A stretch of DNA of 64,000 nt from Truepera sp. (GCA_965218435.1 CBDCKW010000009.1:3328001-3392000), one strand, 5' to 3'; numbered from the stretch's first letter, positions 30,211 to 41,025 are shown. The notes: generated from the letters alone by a model not told the origin. Program-made: numbers and translations.

Positions 30211-30714
30211 CTAGTCTTGGCTCGTCTCCACTTCAGCTCTTACCTCGGAGGTATTAGCTTCTGAGACAGGGGACACAGTTGGGCCACTCAGAGTACGAGC
30301 TTTCTTCTCGTCTCGAGCGGTGCGGAAGGCGGCGCGGTCAACCTCTTGGCGGGTGACGTCTGTTTTAAGGCGAGCAGCTTTACCGCGCAGGTCACGCAAA
30401 TAGTAGAGCTTGGCGCGGCGGGTACGGCCACGGCGCACGACCGTGAGCGCACTGATCAGCGGCGAGTGAAGCGGGAAAATCCGTTCAACCCCCGTGCCAA
30501 AACTCATTTTCCGGACGGTAAAGGTCGCTCTCGCACCCTGCTTGCCGTTATTACGGGCGATAACAACCCCTTCAAACACCTGGATACGGGTACGGTTACC
30601 TTCGGAAACGCGGTAATCTACGCGCACCGTGTCACCGGTGTCAAATTCCGGCAAATCGCCTTTTAGGAAGGGCTGTTCGATAGCGCGTAAAATCGCGCCT
30701 TTGTTGTAATTCAT
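30211..30714 (-). CDS. rplS: 50S ribosomal protein L19 with C-terminal extension
   Basis: [33 protein letters not shown]. Confidence 0.97.
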   Translation of the reverse strand: MNYNKGAILRAIEQPFLKGDLPEFDTGDTVRVDYRVSEGNRTRIQVFEGVVIARNNGKQGARATFTVRKMSFGTGVERIFPLHSPLISALTVVRRGRTRRAKLYYLRDLRGKAARLKTDVTRQEVDRAAFRTARDEKKARTLSGPTVSPVSEANTSEVRAEVETSQD

Positions 30715-30862
30715 GCTCTACACCTCGATCACGTTGGGTTTACGGTTTTAGGTTGACCATTACCGGAAAGGTTGTACCGTTAAGGAGCCCTCAAGGGCAA
30801 AACCTTGTTAGTATAGCCCCTCGAGGGGTCAAACTTCAAGCTTACGCTAACTGAGAGAAACT

Positions 30863-31882
30863 GTGAGGGGTGCTGTGAAAGATTCTGCCAAAGACGCCGC
30901 AAAAAATACTGCGAAAGACACTGCAAAAAATACCGTCAGAACTACTACGAGAAAAAATGGCCCGAGCTGGCTCCGCTGGTTCTTGCTGCTGGCAGTTGCG
31001 GGCGGGCTCGGTTATCTGCGATATCCGGCCTTCGCGTCCGCGCCCAAAGTCGAGGCGTTGACGGTCTCGAGCCCGGAAGTTACGTCGGGTGAACCGGTCA
31101 CCCTAGCTTGGAAACTCTCACAGGGCAGCGCGGCAAAGCTCGTTTCAACCGGAGACGAGACCGCGCTCAACATTTCAGGAACGTCGGTGAGGCTCGAGCC
31201 TAAACTTTCGGCGGCGTACACCCTTATCGCGCAAAACCGCCTCGGGAGCGACCAGCGGACGCAGCGAGTAGACGTGCTGGGCGTCAAGACGGCGAGCGTC
31301 AGCGGCGGCGCACTCCCCAGTAATGCACCCGGTAGTGCAGCTTCTGGAGGTGCTGCGAGTACCCAGAGCGGCGGCGCAGGTAGCGAAGGCTCAGGTCAGG
31401 ACAAAAGCGCCGGGGCTCCTGAGGGAACCCTCGGCGTCAGCCTCAGCCCCGACGGGCCGTTTGTCAACGATGAAGAGAGCAGCGTCAGTAGCCGCGCCGA
31501 CGAGCGTGTACTTAAAGTTGCGCCGGGTGGCGAGTTTTTTATCGAGGTCAGCTACAGCGACCCCGACGGTATCAACCGAGTTTCGCTGCTGCTGGTTAAC
31601 GGCCGCCCCGAAGGGTTAGCCGGTGAGCTCTCCCCCGACCGTCCACCTTTTTCGGTCGTCGGTGCGCCGACCGGCGATTGCCGTTTGGGTCTACTGCCGA
31701 CCGCTGTGCGCTGCGTGTTTCGCGTCCGCGTCGCCGAAGACGCCCGTAATATCGACGCGCTGCCGGGTTCAGGCGATGAGTTCGCCTACGTGTTTCGGGC
31801 CAGAGCCGTTGATGGACTGGGAAACTCTGCCAACCGCCCAATACGCGGCTATGTTGCAGTGACGGCGAGTCCGTCTAACTGA
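30863..31882 (+). CDS. Membrane-anchored hypothetical protein with two beta-rich (Ig-like) domains
   Basis: Lys-rich repeats, one TM helix, VTLAW...YTLIAQN, Gly/Ser linker, YSDPDGI...RAVDGLGN. Confidence 0.6.
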   Translation: MRGAVKDSAKDAAKNTAKDTAKNTVRTTTRKNGPSWLRWFLLLAVAGGLGYLRYPAFASAPKVEALTVSSPEVTSGEPVTLAWKLSQGSAAKLVSTGDETALNISGTSVRLEPKLSAAYTLIAQNRLGSDQRTQRVDVLGVKTASVSGGALPSNAPGSAASGGAASTQSGGAGSEGSGQDKSAGAPEGTLGVSLSPDGPFVNDEESSVSSRADERVLKVAPGGEFFIEVSYSDPDGINRVSLLLVNGRPEGLAGELSPDRPPFSVVGAPTGDCRLGLLPTAVRCVFRVRVAEDARNIDALPGSGDEFAYVFRARAVDGLGNSANRPIRGYVAVTASPSN

Positions 31883-34589
31883 GAGCAAGCGTTTCAGCAA
31901 AAGTGGCCTCGAGCATCCCCAAAGGCACCCGTACCACCTGCCTGGTACGCAGATAAACGAGTTGCACGACCGGCGTAATTCCGCGAGCTTGTTTTAGGAC
32001 TTGGGCGTAGAGCGCCAGCTGAAAGGTGTAATGCTCCGGCACGACCACACGGTCGGTTTTGTAGTCTTCTAGGTACCACACGCCGCCCGCGCAGTAAAAG
32101 CGGTCAATGATGCCCTGCCAGACCGTCCCACCGTGCGGCAACGCCACCGGCACCTCAGCGTGATCTTCGGTGCGGGCCTCGAGCGCCGGTAGTTCATGCC
32201 CGAGCATCTTTTCATACGTCGCCAAAAGGTCGGCAACCTCGGCCACGATGTCGCTCTTTTCCGCCTCACTAAAGGGAAACATCACCTCTTGAGCACGCAA
32301 GTTCTCTAAATGAACCAGATTTTGTGCCGACCAATTTTGCGAGACGGCGTAGTGTAAGAGCGTCCCAACTGTTCGGGCACGCCCCGGCAGACGTTCGCCC
32401 TCGGCGGGGTCGGCAATCGGCAGCGGCTCATGCTCGTCTCGTTTAAGTGAAGACGGTGACGACACCGGCGGGTGCTGCGAGAGCGAGAACGTTCGGCGCG
32501 TCCACGGCGCAGTCGGTAGCCCAGAAGTTTGGGCGAGCAGAGCGGGAACCTCGGCGGCAGGTCCAACCGGCCACGCTTTGAGCACGAAGTCAGGGCGGGC
32601 ATAGGGCCGTGCGCCTGCGCCGAAGCCGACCGCCGCGAGCGCCTCGGCCCAACCGGTCGGCCGGTCGTCTTTAACACTCCCCGATAAGAGCAGCACGTCG
32701 CGCGCCCGTGACGCGGCGACATACAACAGCCGGTAGCTCTCACCTACCTCGCGGGCGCTGAGCTGCGCCCCAAGCTCGTCATACGCTGCGCTGCCCTTAA
32801 GCGCCACCCGGCCACCCGCCGGGGAGATATAAAGCGGTTCGCTTCTCGGGACGTTCATCCGGCCGGTATCAAAAACCGCGACCACAGGCCACTCGAGCCC
32901 CTTGGCGCTGTGGACGGTAAGCAGTTTGACGCCGCTCCCACGTTGCGGCACATCGCCCGCATCGGTCTGACGGCTGAGACGCTCCAAACGCTCTAAGAGC
33001 ACCCCGACCTCTTGCGGCGGCCGACTCGCAAAGGTAAAGAGCAAGGCGTCAACGTTTTCACGTGCCCGTGGTTCTAAAAAATCCACGTAGCGGTTGCCCC
33101 CTAAAAACGGCTCACGGACGAGGGTTTTTAGGGCCGTTAAGGGCGGCGTCCGCACCGCTTCACGAGTGCGCGTCAAACGCGCGAACGTTTTAGGAAAGTC
33201 CAGCTCGAGCTTTTCCAGCGGCTGTTCAGCCCCCAGCACCGCGTCAATGTCGGGCATGGTGAGCCCGGCGAACGGGCTTCTGAGCCAGACCGCGAGGCTG
33301 TAACCGGCGGGCTCGAGCCCCACTTGCAGCGCGTGGTACAGGTCCCGAATCTCGAGGCGTTCATAGTAGCCACGCCCCTGGAGGAGCACACTCGGCAACC
33401 CGACCTCGCGGAGCGCCGCCTCGAGGTAGCCCAAGCCCGCGTGCGATTTGGCCAACACCGCCATCTCGTGCGGGGCGTAGGTGCCGCTCAGGTCGGCGAG
33501 CCGTGAAGCAAGTACCCGCGCTTCATAAGCCCGCAAGTCAGCAACCGCTTCCGAGCCCGTGACCCAGTGCAGCTCGACACGGCCGGTTTTCTCAGCTTGC
33601 GGGCCGACGGTGGTGACTGCGGGAGCCTCGAGCGCGGAAAAGCCCCAGTTTTGTGCGGCAAAGCTGCGCGTCAGGTGGTTCAAAAAGCGGTTGATGACGG
33701 CCGCGTGGCGGCGCGTCTCGGCGAGCGGCGGTTGCACCTCACCCGTAGCGAGCGCCGCCCGAAAGACCTCGACATCCGCGTGACGAAAACCGTAGATCGA
33801 CTGTTTGGGGTCGCCGACGACTTCGGTGATGAGGCCGCCGGTCTCGAGCGCCCGGAAAAACGCGCCTTGCAGCGGGTTGACGTCTTGAAACTCGTCAACT
33901 AGGAGCACGCTGTAACGGCTCGTCAGGCGTTTGAGAGCTTCCGGGTGCCGAATCAAAGTCAGTGCCCGCCGCTCGACCTCCGAGGGAGTCAAGAGTTTCG
34001 CACCGAGCCGCACTCGGTAACGGGCGTACACCGCGTCAAACAGGGCGACGACCGCCGCTGCGTCCGGTGTGTCAGCAGTGTAGTGTTCGGCTAGCGAGCG
34101 CGACCTGAAGAGCTTGAGGGTCAGGGCGTAGGCGTCGCGGCCTGCCCGCTGCACCGTTCCGTAAAGCCCATGCTGTGGGCTCTCGGCAAGGTAAAGGAGC
34201 GTCTGCAACTCCTCTTCAAAGACCGCGGCCGCCTCCCACTCACCGACGACGCTAAAATCCGGGTCTAAACCCAAAAGCGGCGCGGTTAAACGCAGGGCGC
34301 TGCCCATAAAGCCGTGGATGGTACTCAGGGTCGCCCCCCCAAGTTCGCGTTCGGCGGCCTCCAGTTGAGGTGCGTCTTCGGCCGTAAAAGTCAGCTCGAG
34401 GTACGCACCCGTCGCCCGCGCCTCCCGTACACCTGCCCCGACCCGTTGACGCAGCTCGGCGGCGGCGGCGTTCGTAAAGGTCACGCCCGCAATCCGGCGT
34501 AGCGGCACGCCCGCGCGAATAAGCTCGAGGTAACGCCGCACAAGGCTCGTCGTCTTGCCGGTTCCGGCGGAGGCGACCCGAACTTTCAC
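31875..34589 (-). CDS. AddA-like SF1 helicase with C-terminal RecB-type nuclease
   Basis: ASAGTGKT, VTFTNAAA, STIHGF, VDEFQD, GDPKQSIYGFR, TVHSAKGLEW, YVAASRA, then GIID...EDYKTD...QLALY. Confidence 0.9.
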   Translation of the reverse strand: MKVRVASAGTGKTTSLVRRYLELIRAGVPLRRIAGVTFTNAAAAELRQRVGAGVREARATGAYLELTFTAEDAPQLEAAERELGGATLSTIHGFMGSALRLTAPLLGLDPDFSVVGEWEAAAVFEEELQTLLYLAESPQHGLYGTVQRAGRDAYALTLKLFRSRSLAEHYTADTPDAAAVVALFDAVYARYRVRLGAKLLTPSEVERRALTLIRHPEALKRLTSRYSVLLVDEFQDVNPLQGAFFRALETGGLITEVVGDPKQSIYGFRHADVEVFRAALATGEVQPPLAETRRHAAVINRFLNHLTRSFAAQNWGFSALEAPAVTTVGPQAEKTGRVELHWVTGSEAVADLRAYEARVLASRLADLSGTYAPHEMAVLAKSHAGLGYLEAALREVGLPSVLLQGRGYYERLEIRDLYHALQVGLEPAGYSLAVWLRSPFAGLTMPDIDAVLGAEQPLEKLELDFPKTFARLTRTREAVRTPPLTALKTLVREPFLGGNRYVDFLEPRARENVDALLFTFASRPPQEVGVLLERLERLSRQTDAGDVPQRGSGVKLLTVHSAKGLEWPVVAVFDTGRMNVPRSEPLYISPAGGRVALKGSAAYDELGAQLSAREVGESYRLLYVAASRARDVLLLSGSVKDDRPTGWAEALAAVGFGAGARPYARPDFVLKAWPVGPAAEVPALLAQTSGLPTAPWTRRTFSLSQHPPVSSPSSLKRDEHEPLPIADPAEGERLPGRARTVGTLLHYAVSQNWSAQNLVHLENLRAQEVMFPFSEAEKSDIVAEVADLLATYEKMLGHELPALEARTEDHAEVPVALPHGGTVWQGIIDRFYCAGGVWYLEDYKTDRVVVPEHYTFQLALYAQVLKQARGITPVVQLVYLRTRQVVRVPLGMLEATFAETLALS

Positions 34590-35362
34590 GTTTCACCAAG
34601 TAGGTCAAGCTCTACTAGCCAGGAACTACGCCCGAAAACCTCGAGCCGGACAGCACTTTGAGAAAGGGTAAGAAGACCGTAAACGCCCACAGCTTCGTCT
34701 CCCAGCAATGGGACGAGCGCATCAAGTGTCAGGTAACAAATCCCATTTACGTTAGCTTGATGGTTCCAGTGCGCGTGTCCACTTACCGCGAGCTTGACTT
34801 TGTGGCGTTCCATCAGGCGGCGGGCCTCGGCGTGAGCTTTTGGGTGTGCTTGATAGCTGGTATCACCGTCAAAAAATGGATTTCCCGGCAGCAGCTCCCC
34901 GTCGAGCGGTTGATGGCTAAAGACAACAGCGGGCAGGGTATTTTGAGCTAAGGCTTGTTCTAACCATGTTAACGTAGCAGGACTTAACGCGCCCTCGACG
35001 CTACCGTCAAAAGTATCTAAAAAGATAAGCTGCCAACCGCCAAGCTCGAGGCTCTGGTTGCCCAGCGGTGCGCCCGAAAGCCTTTCTTGCCCCGGCCTCG
35101 GCATCACATCGTCGTTACCCTGAAGATAAACTTTCGGCAGCAAAACGCGGTCAAAGACCGCCGTAACCTCAGCAGCGGCAAGCTCAGCCTGGTCCGGTTC
35201 TGAATGGTTGATTCGGTCGCCCAAGTCAACGAGCAACTCAGGTCGGTGAGCTAGGAGTGACTCGAGCGACCTCTCAAAAAGCGGCAACGCCACACTACCC
35301 CGGACGTATTCGCTGTCCAATCTGTGATGAATATCGGTGATAAGTCCGACGGTGACGCTCAT
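34586..35362 (-). CDS. Calcineurin-like metallophosphoesterase
   Basis: TDIHH, DLGD, GNDD, SHQP, SGHAH; ATGA and GTGA overlaps with both neighbours. Confidence 0.85.
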   Translation of the reverse strand: MSVTVGLITDIHHRLDSEYVRGSVALPLFERSLESLLAHRPELLVDLGDRINHSEPDQAELAAAEVTAVFDRVLLPKVYLQGNDDVMPRPGQERLSGAPLGNQSLELGGWQLIFLDTFDGSVEGALSPATLTWLEQALAQNTLPAVVFSHQPLDGELLPGNPFFDGDTSYQAHPKAHAEARRLMERHKVKLAVSGHAHWNHQANVNGICYLTLDALVPLLGDEAVGVYGLLTLSQSAVRLEVFGRSSWLVELDLLGET

Positions 35363-37677
35363 CTCAGCCCGACCCGGCAGAGGTCGAAGACGCCGCACTC
35401 ACGGCAGCCGAAACCGGGTTTGGGCTCCATCTCACCCTCGGTAAACCGCTCATAAAGACGCGCCGCCTGCTGCTGTCGTTTAAGCATCGCCCGCGTCGGT
35501 CTGAGGACGCCCGTGTCGTAAACAGGCACCGGCTGACCCAACACCGGCCAGAGGTAAAGCTCAACCGACGCCGCGCCCCGAGCGAAAAGCTCAGCAGCGG
35601 CCCACAACTCGTGTAGACGTCCGCTACGCTCGGCGAAGCGTTTGGCGTCAGCGGCACTCAACTCGCCAGGTTCGGTAAAGGTATAAACGCGGTAGTGGTC
35701 GCCGCGCCGCCCCACCGCGTCGAGGATGGCGTAGGGGCCGTCGTCAGGGCTCGAGAGCGTATACCCAAACGTCAGCGGCAAAAGCGTCGTTTCTACCTCG
35801 TCCAGCCACGGAGCCGCGCCCGGAAAGTTCATGTGTAAGGTTTGTAACCTCGCTCCGTTCAGACGTTCAAAGCTTCGCAGCTCGAAGACCAGTTCACGCC
35901 ACCAAGCCGGTTCAACCTCGGTAAACCGCTCCGCCCAAAAACGAAACCCGCACATATCAAACCGAGCCAACTGTTTGACGCTCGGCCGTTTGAGCGAGAC
36001 TTTGCTCAGCGGCGCAGCGAAGCGGCTCCGTTTGCCCGCCTCGAGCGCACTCCCGGCAGGCAGTTCGGTCAGGGGCACCGCACCCGCCGTCAACGACACT
36101 TCTGCGACGCGTGGCCCGCCCTGGTCGGCTTCGGGATAGACGATGACCACTTCGTCGGCCCTCGTTTGCAGCTCTTCTAACAGCAACGGGTCACGGCCCA
36201 AAAAGCGTTTGGGCAGACCGAAGTGCTCAAAAATCTCAGCGAGGTTGCCTCTGCCTTCTTCGGGAATGAAATAGTCTTCGTGTTCACCGGCGTTGTACAC
36301 GCCCTCGAGCGCCCGCAGCAGATACGCCCGCCGAAACCGCCGCCCCGAGGCGAGGTTCGGTGTCAGGAGCGCGACGCCGCCACGCGGCCGGTCAAACACT
36401 GCCGTCTCTTGGAGCAAAGCCCCCCACCACGCCCTAAACTGCGGCCCCTGAGCGAGTTGCGCCGCTTCTTTGGCCCGCTCGAGCGCGTGCGCCTTAAAGC
36501 CGTCCCACCCGCGCTCAGGCGTGCGTTTGGTCAGCTCAGGCAGACTTTCTAACAGTTCACGCGCCCATTCTAGTTCGTTGCCGGGAGCCTCGAGCCGTGC
36601 CAGCCAGAATGACAGAGGCCGCTCCAAACCCAGCTCTTTGGCAAGTTGTGAGAGCGCCTCGCGTCCACCGAGATTTCGTTTAAGCGCCGCGTTCGCCAGC
36701 GGTATCAGTTCGGGAATCGCTAAGAGGCGCGACGGCGTAGGGTAGTCGGGTAGCTCGAGCAAATCAAGTAAGAGCCGTCCGCCCGGTGTCTCGGCGAGCG
36801 CCTTGGGCGTCTCGTCCATCAGCGGGACGCCGTACTCGTCGGCTAACACGGCGAACGCCCGCACCTCTTGTTCGGGCAAAATCACAGCCAGCGAGAGCGG
36901 GTCAGCGCCCTCGGCTAGGTCGCGTTTTAAGGCGCGTAACACCCAACGCGCTTCGGCCACGGGGTTCGCCGCGTGATGGACGGTGACGTGAGCGGAGACG
37001 CGCGGCGGCAGCGTCTCGGTGGCGACCATCCCCGGCGGCGCTTCGGGCAGAGATACCCACACTTCGATTTGGCGCGAGAGCGCCCGGTAAAGACCCAGCT
37101 CGAGCGGCCCCAACTCCCGGAACCCGTCCACGATCAGCAGGTCGGCTTCCGGTTCGGCCCTGTTCTGACTCGCTAAGACGAACGCTTCACGGCGAAAGTC
37201 GTCGTAATCCCACCTTTCACCTTTGAGCTGCTCAAAGGTACGAAAGACTTCACCGAGCCGTTTACTCTCACGGTCAGTTTGCGGCAACGTTTTCGGTTCT
37301 AAACCAAAGCGTTTCGCCTCGGCAATTGCCCGCGTAAAAAGCTGCGCCTCACCGGGGGCGGGCAGCTCGCCGTAACAGGTCAGCAGCGCCTCACCCACCA
37401 GCGCGATACGGCCCGTCCCGACCAAGAGCGGTTTGAGTTTGAGCGCAGCGGCTAAAAGGCGGTAGTACACCTGCTGCGACGAGAGAAACTCGAGCCCTAG
37501 CACCGCGCCGTGCGCCGTCGCGCGGGTATAGAGATAACTCCGCTGACTCGGCAGGCCGACCCACCAGACCCGTTTTCCGGCTCGAGTAGCGGAGAGCGCC
37601 ACCTCCAAGAGCCGCGTCGTTTTCCCCGATCCCGGCGGCCCAACGAGCAGGTTAAGCGGTTCAAACGCCTTCTTCAC
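35359..37677 (-). CDS. AddB-like degenerate helicase with Fe-S nuclease-fold domain
   Basis: Walker A GPPGSGKT, IVDGF, EARWV; Cys in DMCGFRFW plus C-terminal CRECGVFDLC. Confidence 0.75.
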   Translation of the reverse strand: MKKAFEPLNLLVGPPGSGKTTRLLEVALSATRAGKRVWWVGLPSQRSYLYTRATAHGAVLGLEFLSSQQVYYRLLAAALKLKPLLVGTGRIALVGEALLTCYGELPAPGEAQLFTRAIAEAKRFGLEPKTLPQTDRESKRLGEVFRTFEQLKGERWDYDDFRREAFVLASQNRAEPEADLLIVDGFRELGPLELGLYRALSRQIEVWVSLPEAPPGMVATETLPPRVSAHVTVHHAANPVAEARWVLRALKRDLAEGADPLSLAVILPEQEVRAFAVLADEYGVPLMDETPKALAETPGGRLLLDLLELPDYPTPSRLLAIPELIPLANAALKRNLGGREALSQLAKELGLERPLSFWLARLEAPGNELEWARELLESLPELTKRTPERGWDGFKAHALERAKEAAQLAQGPQFRAWWGALLQETAVFDRPRGGVALLTPNLASGRRFRRAYLLRALEGVYNAGEHEDYFIPEEGRGNLAEIFEHFGLPKRFLGRDPLLLEELQTRADEVVIVYPEADQGGPRVAEVSLTAGAVPLTELPAGSALEAGKRSRFAAPLSKVSLKRPSVKQLARFDMCGFRFWAERFTEVEPAWWRELVFELRSFERLNGARLQTLHMNFPGAAPWLDEVETTLLPLTFGYTLSSPDDGPYAILDAVGRRGDHYRVYTFTEPGELSAADAKRFAERSGRLHELWAAAELFARGAASVELYLWPVLGQPVPVYDTGVLRPTRAMLKRQQQAARLYERFTEGEMEPKPGFGCRECGVFDLCRVGLR

Positions 37678-37734
37678 CCCTTTATCTTACCGACACGGCA
37701 CCAAATATGTGCAAAAAATCGTAAAGTTACGCGT

Positions 37735-39774
37735 TTACGCTGAGTGATCCGTGAGCTGCTCGAGCAAAGCCTCCGGCGTCGTCACCGGCAACCGGCATGC
37801 GCCCCGCTCACAGACGTAAGCGGTCGGTTGACCGTTTACCCAGCCCCGGTTTTGAGTAAAGGGCAACCGCGCCACCAGCGGATCGTCAGGCGTTTCGAGC
37901 AGCGCCACCGCCGTAAACGTTAGGTCAGCTTCGCCTATCACAGCTAAGAGGGCTTGCGTCTTCGGGTCGTTCCGGTCGCCGAAGATGGCAATCTCCCGAG
38001 GCGTCGCGTAGAGCTTTTCAGTTGCCACCAAACACGAGCCAAACCCGGTCGGATAACGGCGCATCGCCTCTTGTAAAGGTGTGAGCGTAGCGAGCGCCAA
38101 GTCCTCCCATTCGCGGTTGTCGGTATAGCGTGACAAGATGACGAGCAACTCTGCCGCCGCACCGTTGCCCGAAGGCGTGGCGGCGTCGAACAGGTCTTTG
38201 GGCCGGACGATCAGCGTGTCGCCGGGAGCCGTGCTAAAAAAGCCGCCCGCGTCAGCATCGTAAAAGTCTTGAACGACGGTTTCGGCAAGCTCTAAAGCGA
38301 AGAGCAGCCACTCAGCCTCGAGCGTCGCCCGGTAGAGCGCCACCAAACCGAGCGCAACATAGGTGTAGTCCTCGAGCATCCCCGTAACTTTGGCCTGACC
38401 CGCTTTGTAGGTGTGGTTGAGCCGTCCGTTTTGATAGAACACACCGCGTATAAAGCGAGCCACTGCTCGAGCGGTCTCTAAATAATCTTCTCGCCCCAGC
38501 ACGCGCCCCGCATCGGCGTAAGCAGACACCAGCAGACCGTTCCACGAACAGAGGATTTTGTCATCGAGTCCGGGCCGAACCCTTGCTTGCCGCGCGTTAA
38601 AGAGCGTTCGTCGGGCGTGCTCGAGCTTTTCCGAAACTTCACCTACAGAGAGCGAAAACTCCTCTACCAGTGCTTCGGTACTTTGGGCGATAAAAAGAAT
38701 GCTGTGACCCTCGAAGTTTCCGGCAGGCGTGACGCCGTAACGGGCTTTGACGAGTTCTGCGTCGTCACCCAAAAGTTTGTCTATTTCGGCGGCCGTCCAA
38801 ACGTAGTACTTGCCTTCAACGCCTTCGGAGTCGGCGTCGAGGGCGCTGTAAAAGCCGCCTTTGGGGTCTTTGAGTTCACGCTCTACGAACGTCAGCGTAT
38901 CTTCAATAATCTGCTTGTAAAGCGGCTTTTGCGTCTTCGCGTAAGCTTCGGCGTAACGGCTCACAAGCTGCGTGTTGTCATAAAGCATCTTTTCAAAGTG
39001 CGGCACCAACCAGCGTGCGTCGGTGCTGTAACGCGAAAAGCCGCCGCCAAGTTGGTCGTAAAGCCCGCCCTGCGCCATCTTGTCGAGCGTTTCTGTAGCC
39101 ATTTCTAAAGCTTGCGGTTCGGAGTGCGCGAGGAGAAAGGCGAGCCCGGTATGCGGCGGAAACTTGGGCGCGTCGCCAAAGCCGCCGTAAACCGGGTCAA
39201 AGGTGCTCGAGAGGGTTTCCAACGCTGAGACCATGACCTCAGAGCTTAAATTTTCCGAATTAGCGGGTATTTGTGTTGCTGCGATAAGCTGTCCGGTCAG
39301 CGATTCGGCCGCTTCTAACGCCTCTTCCCTACGCGTCTTCCAGACCTCAGCCAGACTCAGAAGTATCCGCCGAAAACCGGGATACCCCAGGCGGTCTTCA
39401 GGTGGATAGTACGTCCCGCCGTAAAACGGCTTACCTTCCGGTGTTAAAAAGACGGTCAGCGGCCAACCGCCCGAGCCGGTCATCGTCTGCACGGCGCTCA
39501 TATATACCGCGTCAACATCCGGGCGCTCTTCACGGTCAACTTTAATAGAGATAAAGTGCTCATTCATTAAAGCAGCCGTTTGGGGATTTTCAAACGACTC
39601 GTGCGCCATCACGTGACACCAGTGACAAGCCGAGTAGCCGATGGAAAGCAGGATGGGTTTGTCCTGTGCTTTCGCAGCGGCGAAGGCTTCGTCACCCCAC
39701 GGTAGCCAGTTGACGGGATTTTCGGCGTGTTGCAGTAGGTACGGGCTCGTTTCATCAGCGAGGCGGTTGGGCAT
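37735..39774 (-). CDS. YyaL/SPATA20 thioredoxin plus alpha/alpha-toroid protein (DUF255)
   Basis: [39 protein letters not shown]. Confidence 0.93.
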   Translation of the reverse strand: MPNRLADETSPYLLQHAENPVNWLPWGDEAFAAAKAQDKPILLSIGYSACHWCHVMAHESFENPQTAALMNEHFISIKVDREERPDVDAVYMSAVQTMTGSGGWPLTVFLTPEGKPFYGGTYYPPEDRLGYPGFRRILLSLAEVWKTRREEALEAAESLTGQLIAATQIPANSENLSSEVMVSALETLSSTFDPVYGGFGDAPKFPPHTGLAFLLAHSEPQALEMATETLDKMAQGGLYDQLGGGFSRYSTDARWLVPHFEKMLYDNTQLVSRYAEAYAKTQKPLYKQIIEDTLTFVERELKDPKGGFYSALDADSEGVEGKYYVWTAAEIDKLLGDDAELVKARYGVTPAGNFEGHSILFIAQSTEALVEEFSLSVGEVSEKLEHARRTLFNARQARVRPGLDDKILCSWNGLLVSAYADAGRVLGREDYLETARAVARFIRGVFYQNGRLNHTYKAGQAKVTGMLEDYTYVALGLVALYRATLEAEWLLFALELAETVVQDFYDADAGGFFSTAPGDTLIVRPKDLFDAATPSGNGAAAELLVILSRYTDNREWEDLALATLTPLQEAMRRYPTGFGSCLVATEKLYATPREIAIFGDRNDPKTQALLAVIGEADLTFTAVALLETPDDPLVARLPFTQNRGWVNGQPTAYVCERGACRLPVTTPEALLEQLTDHSA

Positions 39775-39917
39775 TCTTTCACCCTAACGCCCTTATACTT
39801 GAAACGTAACTGCGTAACTTACGGTGTCAGGTCTAAAAAAGCGGCTAAACCCGAAGTCTAAAGCCTAAACCTCGAGCCCACGCCGCTTGTACCGGTATAA
39901 ATGACCGGCCGAATGAA

Positions 39918-40244
39918 CTATTCGACCAGCTCGTCGTCGGTGTCCTCGAGCGGTTCACTGACCCGCTCGTACAGGTCGGCTAGCGCCTCGTAGATGTCTT
40001 GAGCGTCCTCGTCGTCACTAATTTCCGACCACTCGAGCGCGGTCGCCACCAGGTCTTCAAGCCGCCGCGCAATTTCGTCCCGCCGCGCCGCACTTTCACT
40101 CAGCTCGTCAATCAGGATTTCATGCGTCCCGTCCCGTTCAAACTCATCGTCATCGGTCATATACGGGGTTTCGTCGCCGCCCATATCGCCGTCTGCTTCG
40201 CGGTCAAGATCGCTCATGCTATTTATACTGTCAAAGTCGCTCAC
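39918..40244 (-). CDS. Small, extremely acidic hypothetical protein
   Basis: 108 aa, about 40 Asp+Glu and no Lys; TAGGAGGT SD and an upstream TACACT. Confidence 0.7.
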   Translation of the reverse strand: MSDFDSINSMSDLDREADGDMGGDETPYMTDDDEFERDGTHEILIDELSESAARRDEIARRLEDLVATALEWSEISDDEDAQDIYEALADLYERVSEPLEDTDDELVE

Positions 40245-40365
40245 ACTTATACCTCCTAGTCGTAAGTGTATAGATTAGCGCACAGGTCCATTTGTGATGT
40301 AAGGGGCAGACATACCAGCAGGGCTTGAAAACGGTGTAAAAGCTAAGGTTTAGTGCCGTCAAAAG

Positions 40366-41025
40366 GTGATAATGAAAGCTATGAACCTCGCCGACTTACG
40401 ACGAAACTATACGCAGGGCACCCTGAGTAAACGCAACCTAAAAGCTGATCCGCTCGAGCAGTTTCAGGATTGGTTAGATGACGCGCAAGGAGCCTCTGAA
40501 CAGGGCAACCTGCTCGAGCCCAACGCTATGACGTTGGCGACCGTTGACGCCTCAGGTCAGCCTTCAGCCAGAATTGTCTTGCTTAAAGGGTTAGACGAAC
40601 GCGGTTTTGTCTTTTATACCAACTACGAAAGCCGCAAAGCGCATGAGCTGACGGCGAATCCGAAAGTTGCTCTCGTTTTTAACTGGCTCGCGCTGGAGCG
40701 GCAAGTCCGCGTTGAAGGGATGGTCTCTAAGCTCCCTACAGAAGAATCTGAGGCGTATCACAAATCGCGGCCCCACGGCTCACAGCTGAGCGAATGGGCG
40801 TCGCCGCAAAGTCAGGTCGTTGAAAATAGAGAGGTGCTCGAAGCCCGCCTCAAGGAGTTTGAAGAGGAGTTTCCAGATGAGGTGCCCCTGCCCGACTTTT
40901 GGGGCGGGTTTGTCGTCAGACCAGGGCGGCTCGAGTTCTGGCAAGGACGGCCCAACCGTTTGCATGACCGGTTTCGCTACACCCGTCAAGGTGCGGGGTG
41001 GGAGCTCGAGCGGTTGGCTCCCTAG
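40366..41025 (+). CDS. pdxH: Pyridoxamine 5'-phosphate oxidase
   Basis: [37 protein letters not shown]. The start may be ATG 40372 or 40381. Confidence 0.95.
   Translation: MIMKAMNLADLRRNYTQGTLSKRNLKADPLEQFQDWLDDAQGASEQGNLLEPNAMTLATVDASGQPSARIVLLKGLDERGFVFYTNYESRKAHELTANPKVALVFNWLALERQVRVEGMVSKLPTEESEAYHKSRPHGSQLSEWASPQSQVVENREVLEARLKEFEEEFPDEVPLPDFWGGFVVRPGRLEFWQGRPNRLHDRFRYTRQGAGWELERLAP

Noticed and set aside
31875..37677. Helicase-nuclease cluster as an antiphage defence island
   Set aside because: Host-like CTCGAG density, housekeeping context and canonical AddA motifs favour a core recombination role.
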